64,000 bases of DNA from the sequence record NC_048077.1. One strand, given 5' to 3'. Position numbers and translations under genes: made by a program. Under the pieces are notes generated by a model. That model was not told the DNA's origin. It searched no databases and saw nothing but the letters and a program-made list of their open reading frames with translations. This document shows, one piece after another, positions 1-10,200 of the stretch; positions within the stretch are counted from its first letter, which is position 1; each line of letters starts with the position of its first letter.

Positions 1-1631
1 ACGCCTTTGCTCATCGTCCAGATAGCATTATTTGGATTGTTTGGATCATCAACAGACAAACAGTTGTACGGAACAGAAAAATCTTGCACATTTAATTTTG
101 GAGGTTGAATTGGACACCAGACGAAATAACTCCAATCACATCCAATACCACTCGTTACGCGTACCGTGATATTGCTACGGAGAACGTGTTCCGGATACTT
201 CCAGAATTCGAGTGTTCCAGATTGTCCAGCCAGAAGATTTTCAGTATCGAGCAGATTCATTTCCTGATCGAAAACTTCAAACTTCGTATCGAAACTTCCG
301 GCACGCACATCAACTAAGCCTGCGCGAATATCCGTTTGTGTTCCCAATGCGAAGTTATCTTCTGTAGTCGGATGGCCTGCGCTCACTACCCAATCATACT
401 GACAAGGGAAACGATATTCGCGTGCGCCTCGTTCGTTCGGACAATACAGAGAATAGTAGAAGCTATTAATAGAATTATTTTTCCCGAAATCTTTCGCCAC
501 AACTCTGACCATAAGATCGAAGTTTTGTGTGCCAGTCGGATCATAATAAAAATAAAGATAGCCACGACCAGTTTGTGCTTCTTGCGTTGACGCAATTCGT
601 CGGCCTGCATGATAAACTTCGATGTAATCTAAGTTATCCCATGACGTATAGTTGAGATAAGTCCAACCAACGTTATTGCCGATGTAGTGATAATATTCAA
701 AAGCATTACTATCGACGATACGATCAACAATAGGCCAAACAGTTGCGTGACACGGCGCAGGAAAAATAGGAGTGCCGATATATTCAGGAACAATAACATC
801 CGGATAAGTTAAAACATCATATGCCGCTTGACTATCCAGCGCTAAGTTTGCGCGGTCAGTAGTTGCATTGAGTTTTGGCGGTATAACCTGCAAACTCCAG
901 TTCGCACCTTGAGAAGTACGAACACGAATCATGATACGCATATCTTCCGCATCAGGATCGTTAAGGAATTTAATTCGACCGCGACCGCCAACTTTTCCAC
1001 ACGTAGACGCAACGCGAATTCCTTCGGCGTAAACATCCACACTTAAACCGTCTGCATGATAACTTGCGAAAGTTATTTCAACATAACCTTCTTGTCGTGG
1101 AATTGCGAAAATTGTTTCAGTGATTTGTGCGCCGCGAGAATGCACGGAAGCCCACGGCACGTTAGGGTTCGTCCACGTTCCTAAACCTGCTTGCGAGGCA
1201 AGACCCGTTGGATCGTAACTTTCAATTGTTCTTATTCCCGGTCGAGTAATATAACGCGACGTAGGAGGAACGTTGCCAATCCCCACACCGAAACCAGTTC
1301 GCGCAGCATCCGGTAAATCATATCCAGCAGGATAACCTTTTAACGGATCATATTTAGCACCACGCGAACCGTCGCCAGTACCGGAACCTTTTGTGGTGGA
1401 AGTTGGAGCACCACCACAATTTCCGATTTCCTGATTGATACATGGATCATCAAAGTTAGGATCAAACTCTGCATCAATATCGTACCAGCGTTTTCCATGC
1501 AAACCGCGAACAGAAAAAGTATCGACTGTTAATGGTTGCCACGTATTTTCTTTTGTTCGAATGAACATCGGAGTATCCGCGCAATCGTACCAGCCGTTGT
1601 TTTCTAAATTTCTTACGCGAAAACGAGGCAT
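1..1631 (-). CDS. Virion adhesin/fibre-tip-like protein, partial (runs off window start), three tandem beta-sandwich-like domains
   Basis: Hand translation from ATG at 1631 (MPRFRVRNLENNGWYDC...) stays open to position 1 (>543 aa). It is absent from the ORF track because it has no stop in the window. It follows the collagen genes; repeated segments VYAEGIRVASTCGKVGGRGRIKF / VYHAGRRIASTQEAQTGRGYLYF. Confidence 0.8.
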   Translation of the reverse strand, partial: MPRFRVRNLENNGWYDCADTPMFIRTKENTWQPLTVDTFSVRGLHGKRWYDIDAEFDPNFDDPCINQEIGNCGGAPTSTTKGSGTGDGSRGAKYDPLKGYPAGYDLPDAARTGFGVGIGNVPPTSRYITRPGIRTIESYDPTGLASQAGLGTWTNPNVPWASVHSRGAQITETIFAIPRQEGYVEITFASYHADGLSVDVYAEGIRVASTCGKVGGRGRIKFLNDPDAEDMRIMIRVRTSQGANWSLQVIPPKLNATTDRANLALDSQAAYDVLTYPDVIVPEYIGTPIFPAPCHATVWPIVDRIVDSNAFEYYHYIGNNVGWTYLNYTSWDNLDYIEVYHAGRRIASTQEAQTGRGYLYFYYDPTGTQNFDLMVRVVAKDFGKNNSINSFYYSLYCPNERGAREYRFPCQYDWVVSAGHPTTEDNFALGTQTDIRAGLVDVRAGSFDTKFEVFDQEMNLLDTENLLAGQSGTLEFWKYPEHVLRSNITVRVTSGIGCDWSYFVWCPIQPPKLNVQDFSVPYNCLSVDDPNNPNNAIWTMSKG

Positions 1632-1643
1632 AGAAAAATTCCT

Positions 1644-2138
1644 TTATGAAGATGTTCTTACCCAAATCGATCCGGGTTCGATTTCGCGCTCAAGTGATGG
1701 ATCGACTGCTTGAATAAATACAGCAACAACGCCATCTTTTCCACTTGGGCCAGTCGCACCAGTCGCACCAGTTGGGCCAATATTTCCGCGAGATCCGCGA
1801 ACACCTTGTCTTCCCGGTAAACCATCGTTACCGCGTGGCCCCGGACAACCATCAGAACCACGACCGCCATCAGATCCGGATAAGCCGTCGATACCATCAC
1901 GACCATCTTCACCGCCAGGGCCAATTGGCCCCAATCCGATATCGTTTGGAGTTGTGAATCCGGGAATCGAAACTTTTCCGATGTTCGGAATATTTAAAAC
2001 AAGTGTTCCGCTCAAACGATCAAAGTTTCCGCTTAACGTGTCATCAGAAACTTCGCGAACATTTAATCCACCATCGCCGGAATAAACTTCACCGTCTGCG
2101 TTAGTTTTAATTAAACTTAGATCAACTTTTTCAACCAT
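1644..2138 (-). CDS. Collagen-like (Gly-X-Y) fibre protein
   Basis: About 25 uninterrupted GXY triplets; RBS-like GGAG upstream; N- and C-terminal motifs shared with the two neighbouring genes. Confidence 0.9.
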   Translation of the reverse strand: MVEKVDLSLIKTNADGEVYSGDGGLNVREVSDDTLSGNFDRLSGTLVLNIPNIGKVSIPGFTTPNDIGLGPIGPGGEDGRDGIDGLSGSDGGRGSDGCPGPRGNDGLPGRQGVRGSRGNIGPTGATGATGPSGKDGVVAVFIQAVDPSLEREIEPGSIWVRTSS

Positions 2139-2151
2139 GATTTATTTTCTC

Positions 2152-2784
2152 CTACGGCCACGTTGCAGCTTGATCAATAGAAGGATTCACCCACAACACA
2201 CCAGCCGCCATATTTCCCGGTTGAGTAGAACTCACAACGATTTGCAATTTTCCACTTGGGCCTTCTGGTCCAGTTGGTCCAGTTGGTCCAGTTTTTCCAG
2301 TTGCACCAGTTGGACCGGGGCGACCCATCGGGCCAGTCGGTCCGACATTTCCAGTTGGACCAGTTGCACCAGTTGGACCGATTTCTCCCGGAATTCCCGG
2401 ATTACCGTCGCGACCATCTTTTCCCGGTGGGCCTTCATCGCCGTCTGGCCCTACTGGCCCGGTACAACCGATTCCACCTTGAGCGCCGTCTCTTCCGTCT
2501 CTTCCGTCTTTTCCATCTGCGCCAGTTTCACCACGCGCACCTTGTCTTCCCGGAGGAATACTTGATGCAGTTGGAAAACCTTTTATTTGAATTGATTTTC
2601 CGTTTTCAAAACGCAAAGTTAAAATTCCGGAAGTTTCATCGTAACTGGATTCGTCAGTGATTTCAGAAGGTACACCAGATTCATCAGCCGATGCAGTAAG
2701 CACGCCAGCATTGGCGCGGATAGGCGTATTGTCGGAAGCCCCCGTTGCTGTGATCATGCCTACATCAACTTTTACTAAAGGCAT
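2152..2784 (-). CDS. Collagen-like (Gly-X-Y) fibre protein
   Basis: GXY tract rich in GPT/GAT; start refined to MPLVKV at 2784 (GGAG upstream). Confidence 0.9.
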   Translation of the reverse strand: MPLVKVDVGMITATGASDNTPIRANAGVLTASADESGVPSEITDESSYDETSGILTLRFENGKSIQIKGFPTASSIPPGRQGARGETGADGKDGRDGRDGAQGGIGCTGPVGPDGDEGPPGKDGRDGNPGIPGEIGPTGATGPTGNVGPTGPMGRPGPTGATGKTGPTGPTGPEGPSGKLQIVVSSTQPGNMAAGVLWVNPSIDQAATWP

Positions 2785-2794
2785 AAAAATACTC

Positions 2795-3769
2795 CTACTT
2801 AGGATTTCGCGCAGTGATTCGAATCGTTGAACGAACAGTTGCAGTCGGACGTGAACTTTGCCCCATATCCATAACAACGCAAGTTAACGTTGCAGTAAGA
2901 GATAAAGTTTTTCCTTGATCAACTTTTCCGTTAAAAATAATCTGAACAATCCTATCAGTGTTGCCTTTGATGTTTAAATCTTTTGCGTCACTGATTGTCC
3001 ATTTATACGAATAGTTTCCGGTGCCACCACGCACGTTTACAGGCAGATAAGCCTGCGCGAAGAACAAGTCATTGCCAGCAACCACGCGGGTTGCAACGAG
3101 ATCCACATTAGATACAGAAGCACCAATAGAAGGAACGGAAGGAAGTGCAGGAATTGGATTTGTTGTTGCAATTGGAAAACACCATGCGAAAACAGTTTTA
3201 TTTGTTGGCGGTGCATTTCCACCACTAACAACAACAGTTGTAGTTGGTGCAGGGCCAGTTGGGCCAGTTGCGCCACTAATACAACTTGGTCCATCTTCTC
3301 CCGCTGGACCATCAGGGCCAGTTGGGCCAGTTGCGCCAGTTGGTCCTTGCGGCCCATCATTTCCGCGAGGGCCGGGATAACCATCATCGCCATCTGGTCC
3401 ATCTAATCCATCATTTCCTGCTTGTCCTGTTTTTCCTTTTAAACCGCGCTCGCCAGTATTTCCACGCGGGCCAGTATTTCCATCACGTCCGTTTCTTCCG
3501 TTTCTTCCCGGTTTTCCCGGAGCACCTTTTCCGCCCGGTAAACCTTCGCCAAATAAACTAACAGTAGGAAGACCTGAAATAGTTATGATCTTCCCACTGC
3601 GTTTTATGATCACCAAATTTCCTTTGGTATTATCATATTTAATATCGGCGATCTGAGTGTTTGCGAGTGCATCTGTATCTACGAATTCCAGTTCACTACC
3701 GCCAACAATTTCTTTGCCATCTTGCTCGCCGGAAGTTTTGATCTGTTCTAATCGTAGAGTGTTACTCAT
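2795..3769 (-). CDS. Collagen-like fibre protein with C-terminal beta-rich domain
   Basis: GXY tract followed by a beta-rich domain ([15 protein letters not shown]) typical of fibre tips. Confidence 0.9.
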   Translation of the reverse strand: MSNTLRLEQIKTSGEQDGKEIVGGSELEFVDTDALANTQIADIKYDNTKGNLVIIKRSGKIITISGLPTVSLFGEGLPGGKGAPGKPGRNGRNGRDGNTGPRGNTGERGLKGKTGQAGNDGLDGPDGDDGYPGPRGNDGPQGPTGATGPTGPDGPAGEDGPSCISGATGPTGPAPTTTVVVSGGNAPPTNKTVFAWCFPIATTNPIPALPSVPSIGASVSNVDLVATRVVAGNDLFFAQAYLPVNVRGGTGNYSYKWTISDAKDLNIKGNTDRIVQIIFNGKVDQGKTLSLTATLTCVVMDMGQSSRPTATVRSTIRITARNPK

Positions 3770-6087
3770 CGCGGTTCCACCTTAATACAAAGATTAGCAA
3801 TAAGTTTTGATGCGTAGTTTCCGATCATCGCATTGCTGATACGCATTTTCGCAACGATCTCAACATAACCTGCCGGATGATTATCGCGAATCAAATCGTA
3901 CATTTGCGTAATGCTTGCGTTCCCATAAGCAATAGATTCCGTGCTGTTTGGGTTCACAACTGCAAGGCCAGCAGCACCAGTACCTTTCACGCCACGCCCG
4001 TATTCAGGAGCATCAGAACCCGGAGAAGCAGAAGCAAGAACAAACTCGATATGCTCGTTACCAATTGCAACAGCAAAACCTGGCCCTAACTGCGCCTGAA
4101 AATCAGCAGTAGCAGTAATCACAACGCCTTTATTGAATTCGATGCGCTGACGAATAATGATCTCTTCGCTATCCTCAACACGGTTTTGAATGTTGAAAAT
4201 TGCTTTCGGATCTTCTGCCTCTGCCATTGCCGCAATGGAATGAATTTTAACGAAAGGCCAAACGCCTTCAATTTTAATTCCTTTCCCGGCGATGATATCA
4301 GGAGTAAACAGCGGAACACTTAACGGAGTCATGCCCTGACGTTTGAACATGTATCCGGTAGGAGTTGCAATCACATCAACGATAACGCCTTCGATGTTTG
4401 TGTCTTTGCTGCCAACACTTTTAACGTTTTCGAAAATCGTGAATTCAACAGTTGTGTTTGCTTTTACCTGAGTTGAAAAACGAATCGTGCTTCCAACCAG
4501 AGTAAAATCAGAAGTGTGCGCAGGCAAACCACCCATGTTCGCAATTACGTGCGCTTTGTTCAGCGGAGTAATTGGAAGCTCAAACGTATCCGTCGCGTAA
4601 GGAAGTTTGAAAGTTGCAACGCGAATACGAGTAGACCATCCGGCACGTTCTTCGTAGCGTGCAGCATACAACGAAACTTTATGACCGCTAGGAATACTGT
4701 CTACAAATTTCAAACGGTTTCCGTTATTCAATTTATAAACGGTAGTCGGTTGCCACGTATTTCCAACAACAGCGAACACATGATCCGCATCATCGACAGG
4801 AGCGTTGCCAAGTTTAAAATCACTCGTCTGCCCGTCGCCAGTAAAGTCATACGCTTCGAAAAGAACAACGTGACCTTGCGACGGTTCCAAACGGAATTGG
4901 CGTAAATCCAGAGTCATTGCGTTAGGCAAGTTTTCTGAAAGTGCCATTTCTTTTTTGCGAACTTCGTATGCGGTGCGCGGCTGCAATACGCCACTGGTGC
5001 CAAGCAATAAATCCGTTGCGCTGTCCAATTCTTCGGAAAGAGCATAAGTGATTGCGTCAGTGGAACCAGTCGTTACGAGAGAACTAAACAGAAGTTTTCC
5101 CGGAGGCGTAAAAAGCGTTGCAGTAGTTTGTCTGTTACCGCCTGCGATTGGCCCCCAATAAAGTTTATTTCCTTCACCGCGAAATAAAGCCCATGCAGCG
5201 GGAACATCGTTATCTTCCGGCCACGGAATACCAGCAGTCGGAACAATCGGATTCACAATGCGCTTCCACACTGCGATTGTTGTTGCGCTACTGATAAACG
5301 GAATCGCTTTATCCTGATTGATCAGTTGTCCGTTGCGATATTTGAAATGACGACACGCGCCAGCACCGGGGCCACTGATAGTCTGAACTAACACAATTTC
5401 ATCTTGCGCCAGTTTCAAACTTGTATTGAAAGTATTTGCGTTAATAAAATCAGCGCCGATTACTTTTGACAGCACGCGATCATGCTCGCCGAATCCCCAA
5501 TTATAACCACCGGGGCCATAACGGAATGCAGTACCGGGAGAACGAGAACCGTCACTATTCACATGCAAATCGAGAACAGAAACCGCGTTAAAATGATTGT
5601 CATTAGAGGCTGGCAAATTCTCAAGCGTTGCAACAGACGGAATAGTTGCATAGTCATACATCGTCACATCAAGAATTCGTTGAATGTCTTGCTTTAAGTG
5701 AACGAGTAAACTGATTCGCGCTGCGCTGTTTGGAACCACCATGATCGGATTAGAAAGCACAACATGCCCGAAGGCACGATTGTCTTCGAGCATGATGAGA
5801 ATTTCACCGATTGATTTAATCTCTTCGTTGTTTTTGTAATCCAGCGAAACATCGAAAACAAAACGCGCGGAGTTTTCACTTTCCACCTGAACAAAAGAAA
5901 GTTGTCCGGAAGCAAGCTCGTTTCCTAAAAGCTGCGAAGGTACTGCGCTAGGCTGAGAACCAGTAAAATCGCCGACTTTAAAAGCGACAGGTTTTACTAC
6001 AATTCCACCTGCGTTGGCGGTAGAGACTGCTTGTTCCCCGACAGACGTTAGCCGAAGCGCATCAACATAAATTGCTTGTGATGCCAT
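3766..6087 (-). CDS. Baseplate/tail-fibre attachment protein (tail-collar fibre-like N-terminus)
   Basis: N-terminal LTSVGEQAV...G..VKPVAFKVGD resembles P2 gpH-type fibre N-termini; repeated GDGQTSDF-type beta modules; baseplate context. Confidence 0.65.
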   Translation of the reverse strand: MASQAIYVDALRLTSVGEQAVSTANAGGIVVKPVAFKVGDFTGSQPSAVPSQLLGNELASGQLSFVQVESENSARFVFDVSLDYKNNEEIKSIGEILIMLEDNRAFGHVVLSNPIMVVPNSAARISLLVHLKQDIQRILDVTMYDYATIPSVATLENLPASNDNHFNAVSVLDLHVNSDGSRSPGTAFRYGPGGYNWGFGEHDRVLSKVIGADFINANTFNTSLKLAQDEIVLVQTISGPGAGACRHFKYRNGQLINQDKAIPFISSATTIAVWKRIVNPIVPTAGIPWPEDNDVPAAWALFRGEGNKLYWGPIAGGNRQTTATLFTPPGKLLFSSLVTTGSTDAITYALSEELDSATDLLLGTSGVLQPRTAYEVRKKEMALSENLPNAMTLDLRQFRLEPSQGHVVLFEAYDFTGDGQTSDFKLGNAPVDDADHVFAVVGNTWQPTTVYKLNNGNRLKFVDSIPSGHKVSLYAARYEERAGWSTRIRVATFKLPYATDTFELPITPLNKAHVIANMGGLPAHTSDFTLVGSTIRFSTQVKANTTVEFTIFENVKSVGSKDTNIEGVIVDVIATPTGYMFKRQGMTPLSVPLFTPDIIAGKGIKIEGVWPFVKIHSIAAMAEAEDPKAIFNIQNRVEDSEEIIIRQRIEFNKGVVITATADFQAQLGPGFAVAIGNEHIEFVLASASPGSDAPEYGRGVKGTGAAGLAVVNPNSTESIAYGNASITQMYDLIRDNHPAGYVEIVAKMRISNAMIGNYASKLIANLCIKVEPR

Positions 6088-6115
6088 TCTTATTACTCCT
6101 TTGGTTTAGTCCTTT

Positions 6116-6125
6116 AAAATTAGTG
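6116..6125 (-). promoter_or_regulatory. Candidate late-promoter motif CACTAATTTT
   Basis: Same C(A/G)NTAATTT core recurs about 20-40 nt upstream of several structural gene starts. Confidence 0.4.
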
Positions 6126-6137
6126 TAATGCGAAATA

Positions 6138-6168
6138 GAAAAGAAAAAGGCCGCCAAAAGGCAGCCTT
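6138..6168 (-). terminator. Rho-independent terminator
   Basis: Minus-strand AAGGCTGCC-TTTT-GGCGGCCTT followed by TTTCTTTT, just after the stop of 6175..7245. Confidence 0.8.
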
Positions 6169-6174
6169 AAAGTT

Positions 6175-7245
6175 TTAAAACGCAAAGATTTGCTGATTGC
6201 TTAACGGCGGTGTGATGCCAGCTTGCGCGACAATCTGAGCACTTGTTCCCGGAGTTACAGTCTTAGCAACAATGTCAGTTGAATTGAGTTTTAAAAATAC
6301 TTTCTCCATTCCCCAACGAACTAATAATGCGCCCCACGAAATACGCGGAGTTTCAGGAGTACCTGCGATTGGATAATACATTCCACGCATTGCGCTTTCA
6401 GTAAAAGTTGTATCGTCACGCTTGCCGCCAACAGTCAGGTTATTAAATCCATACATGTTGTAGTAACTCGGAGTCTGAGCGCCAGAACCTGCCGCATTGA
6501 TCCATTGCTGGAAACGAAATTCAGTAGGTTCAATCACCATCAACTGACCTAAAGCATTTGCGTTGACTGTTTGCTGCGCGAAAGAAGGATCAGTTACGTT
6601 CGCCCAATTGTCTGCTATTGCAGTTCGCGAGCCGCCGCTTCCCGTAGTGATTGGACGAATAGTTGTTGTGCTGCAAATGGCAGAGTTTTTAATCCACCAG
6701 TTTACATAACCACCGCCAGTTTCGAGATACGTGTTTGCTTTTGAAAAAGGTGCAGTAAGTTTTGCAGATACTGCCGTCGCAATTGCCATAGGCTTCATCG
6801 CAAAAAGCATTCGCGTATCAGGAGCAGAAAATCCATTAGCGCCAAATCCGCACGGTTTTTTCGGATTCACACAAAGCGGAGTTGCTTGATAGTTTTGCGC
6901 ATCAAGATCCAGAGTAAGAAAGTTCCACATATCGCCGTTAAAAATTGTAGGCGGTTGCGGAGAGGATGCAGTGCTGTACGATGAGCCTAAAGTACCTTCC
7001 AACAATGCGCCTAAGTTCGCGGGATAATATTGTGTTGAGTTCGCCTGACCTTGAACCTGACCAGTGCGCCACGCATTACCTTCAAACGTGTACGAACCTG
7101 CGCGTGCTTTCGTGACAAGTTGATTCCAAGTATCAAAAGCTAAATCTGATTCTGGAGTCTGATCGTCAAAGAAAAATATCCGGTCAAGAGCGGCATTGAA
7201 ATTCCTTTTCATCATAGGAACAGCATTAGGTGCCACAAATTTCAT
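6175..7245 (-). CDS. Putative virion structural protein
   Basis: 356-aa ORF with GGAG RBS, own terminator, Gly/Ala/Thr/Asn-rich composition. Confidence 0.7.
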   Translation of the reverse strand: MKFVAPNAVPMMKRNFNAALDRIFFFDDQTPESDLAFDTWNQLVTKARAGSYTFEGNAWRTGQVQGQANSTQYYPANLGALLEGTLGSSYSTASSPQPPTIFNGDMWNFLTLDLDAQNYQATPLCVNPKKPCGFGANGFSAPDTRMLFAMKPMAIATAVSAKLTAPFSKANTYLETGGGYVNWWIKNSAICSTTTIRPITTGSGGSRTAIADNWANVTDPSFAQQTVNANALGQLMVIEPTEFRFQQWINAAGSGAQTPSYYNMYGFNNLTVGGKRDDTTFTESAMRGMYYPIAGTPETPRISWGALLVRWGMEKVFLKLNSTDIVAKTVTPGTSAQIVAQAGITPPLSNQQIFAF

Positions 7246-7260
7246 AATGAGTCTCCTAAT

Positions 7261-7283
7261 AAGGCCACCAAAGAGGCGGCCTT
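7261..7283 (-). terminator. Stem-loop (weak terminator or processing site) ahead of the RBS of 6175..7245
   Basis: AAGGCCACC/GGCGGCCTT inverted repeat; poor U-tract. Confidence 0.45.
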
Positions 7284-7288
7284 TAGGT

Positions 7289-10200
7289 TTAAGAATATCT
7301 GACCGTCAGAACAGCCGTGCCAAAAGCACGTTCATTACTTCGATACAAATACAAAGTTTCAGTTACGTTGTCGTAGACTTTTTGCAAAGTAAGAGGGCCA
7401 GTTTTTCCATCGTCGCCAGTAACAGGCCAACGCGCACCGTCCATCGCTTTCCACCCGGCATTAATCTGCCCTTGCGAATCCGAAGCGCTACCGAAACTTG
7501 CACTCCCATAACGAGAAGGACACATAAAATATCCGTACTCGTTTGTGCGCGGCGAAAATACAAACGTGCCACCAACATTACTACGCAAACGCGATTGAAG
7601 ATTTGCTTCCACTACAGCAAGAGTAGTTAAACCAAACGGCGCAGTTCCGTAATACGGATAACTGCTATGCGCATTAATATAATGCGTTTGAATTAATCGA
7701 ACTTTATTTTCAATGTAGGTGCATCGAATACCAAAACGCACATCACTGAGAAGAGGATCGATTGAAACATTGCCGCGCTGATCTACGCTAACACCTTGAA
7801 CAGTGACAGTATCGCCACGATCATTGGTTACTTGCCATAAAGCCTTAGCAGAAACATCTTCACGGTTAAAAGTGCCTGAACGTCCAAGCAATGCTTTCAA
7901 CTGAATTTTACTTTCATCGCGAACGTTAGTGAAACCAGTGAGTGTGAGATCTTGCGGATAGCCAACTTTCAAACAAGTAATATCTACATCACGTTCTATC
8001 ACCGTGCGCTGTTCACGCAAAGTACAACGAACAGTCACTGTTTGAATATCGTCTGCCGCTGCAAACTGGAAGAAGCCTTGCTGATCAATCGTGAAACCCG
8101 GAGAAGAATTAATAATCGACCACGTAAAACCGACCGTATCAGCATCAGGAGAAATACTGGTGCCAACTTGATCGTTGCGTCGTTTATATTCCATAGACAA
8201 ACGATATTTGTTGTTCGGAATAACGTTCCCGCCAACATCTTTAATCTCTGCCTCAATAATTGACTGCGTGCTCATCATTGTGATTACACGACTTGCGCTT
8301 ATCGTTTCATCCTGAATCGTTTCCGGATTTATTTTCACAAACTCACAATTTATTCTGATCTTACCGTCAGAAATTTGATTGCCTCCGATATACAAATGAC
8401 CGGACGGGCTATCAATTGAAACTGCCTCAACGTCAGTGTCGTCGCCGATTTGCCATGTACCTTCGCTACCGATAATCTGATCACCTGTATTGAGTTGAAC
8501 ACGATAGCCGTAAGGAATAAACCAGCGACCTTTTTCATACTCATACGTTGAATTTCGTTCGGCAACTTCCCAAACAATATCTTGACCAGTGATGCCCATC
8601 GAAAGCAAATAAGTATTCGCACGCGTGATATAAACGAGCAAGAATCTTTCGATACTGTACCCATCACACTGATATCGCGCACGGATTTTTACAGCAGTGT
8701 CGGAGTTAATTGTTGGCGTTAAGTTTCCTTCGTCATCAATAACTGCAACAGGAGAACTACTCGGAATCAAAGTGCGTTGATTGTTCGTAATGTCCAGCGT
8801 GTAATGATCCGTGATAAACCAATCACACGTCATTTCAGCATCATAAGTAGACTTAGGAATGTTTCCATAACTGCCGTCCATATTCTTAACGATGCCGGGA
8901 AGTTCGAACGTGCATACCAGCGCATACGATTCACCTTGAACATCAGCACGAATGTTTGTCGCACCGTCGATACGTGCGCTTATAATCGTGTTAATGCTTT
9001 CACGATCCGGAATGCGGAGTTGAACCGTGAGAGAAGATTCGATGCGATAGAAACGCGCTTTAATATTGGCGTAGCTGTCAAAAGACAGTTTGTTGACCTG
9101 AACTATCGCGCCATCGAAAGATGTTTCGCTAAGTTCTTTCAGCGAACCGATATTCAAAAGCATAGGCAACTTACTTGCTTCCATGCTCTTAAAATCTGCG
9201 AAAGATTTCGGCGTGCGACCTTCCAGAATTTCAACAACAGCCATGCCCGTATAAGTGCTCGGATTGAATTTAATTAATTCGTAATCAACTTCATCCTGTT
9301 CAGGCCAACTTGCAGACCAGTTCGCAGCCTGAACATATTCTTGCGTGCCGTCCTCATACGTCGCAAACAAACGCGCAAACGTGCGGGAGTTTTCGAAAAG
9401 AATATCGTAGCACTCGATTTCAACACTGCTAACCAAACTACGCACCGGAACCAAAACGATATCCCGGATGTTCGTTATTGTATGCGTGTCGTAAGTGTAT
9501 TCCATTTTGATGCGAGCGGTGCCGTGCAAATCACCTTTGAAATAAAGCTGTTTGATTTTACCGCCAGCGCTTGCAAATGGATCGTACATGTTTTGCGTGC
9601 TGTCACCGATAGTCAGCGTAACCCAACGCGAATAATCCGGATTGTTAGGATCAAACTTCGTTGGGTCTTGTCCGTTTTTAATCGCTTCTTCCTGCAATGC
9701 AACAGTGCGAGAATACGCTTCTGTTTTTGCGCTAGGTGACGGGATAAACTCAACGGAAACTTTCGCTAACGCGGCAACGGTCTTTCCAGTGTTCCATGTA
9801 CACGCAACCGGGAGATTCAAAGTGCTTCCGGAATTAAGTTTTCCAGAGGACAACAGATCCAGAATGCGAGGCACATAAATAGTGCTGTAAATTTCAAACA
9901 GCTTTTGAAAAGTTTTAACCGTGTTGCCTTCGATAATGCCTGCGTTAAGAGAGAAGGTTTCATGACCGTCAGAAATAATCGGTGCCTGAAATTTTCCGGT
10001 TTCCTTATTCAAGTCCGGAATATTGCGCACGCCTGCATTTAAATCCGCAGTTGTTGACCACTGCGCTTCAACTTCAAGTTCCGCAACGATGATTGAAGGA
10101 TCTCGATCATCAATTTGTTTTTGCGTAGCACTGTCCAAAACATAAAGCGCAATTGCTTTTGGCTGAACAATGTCACGCTCTTGCACCACACTAGGCAGAA

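Noticed and set aside
1658-3561. QLVQL/GPV repeat ORFs overlapping the collagen genes
   Set aside because: Frame-shifted or antisense readings of GXY codon repeats.
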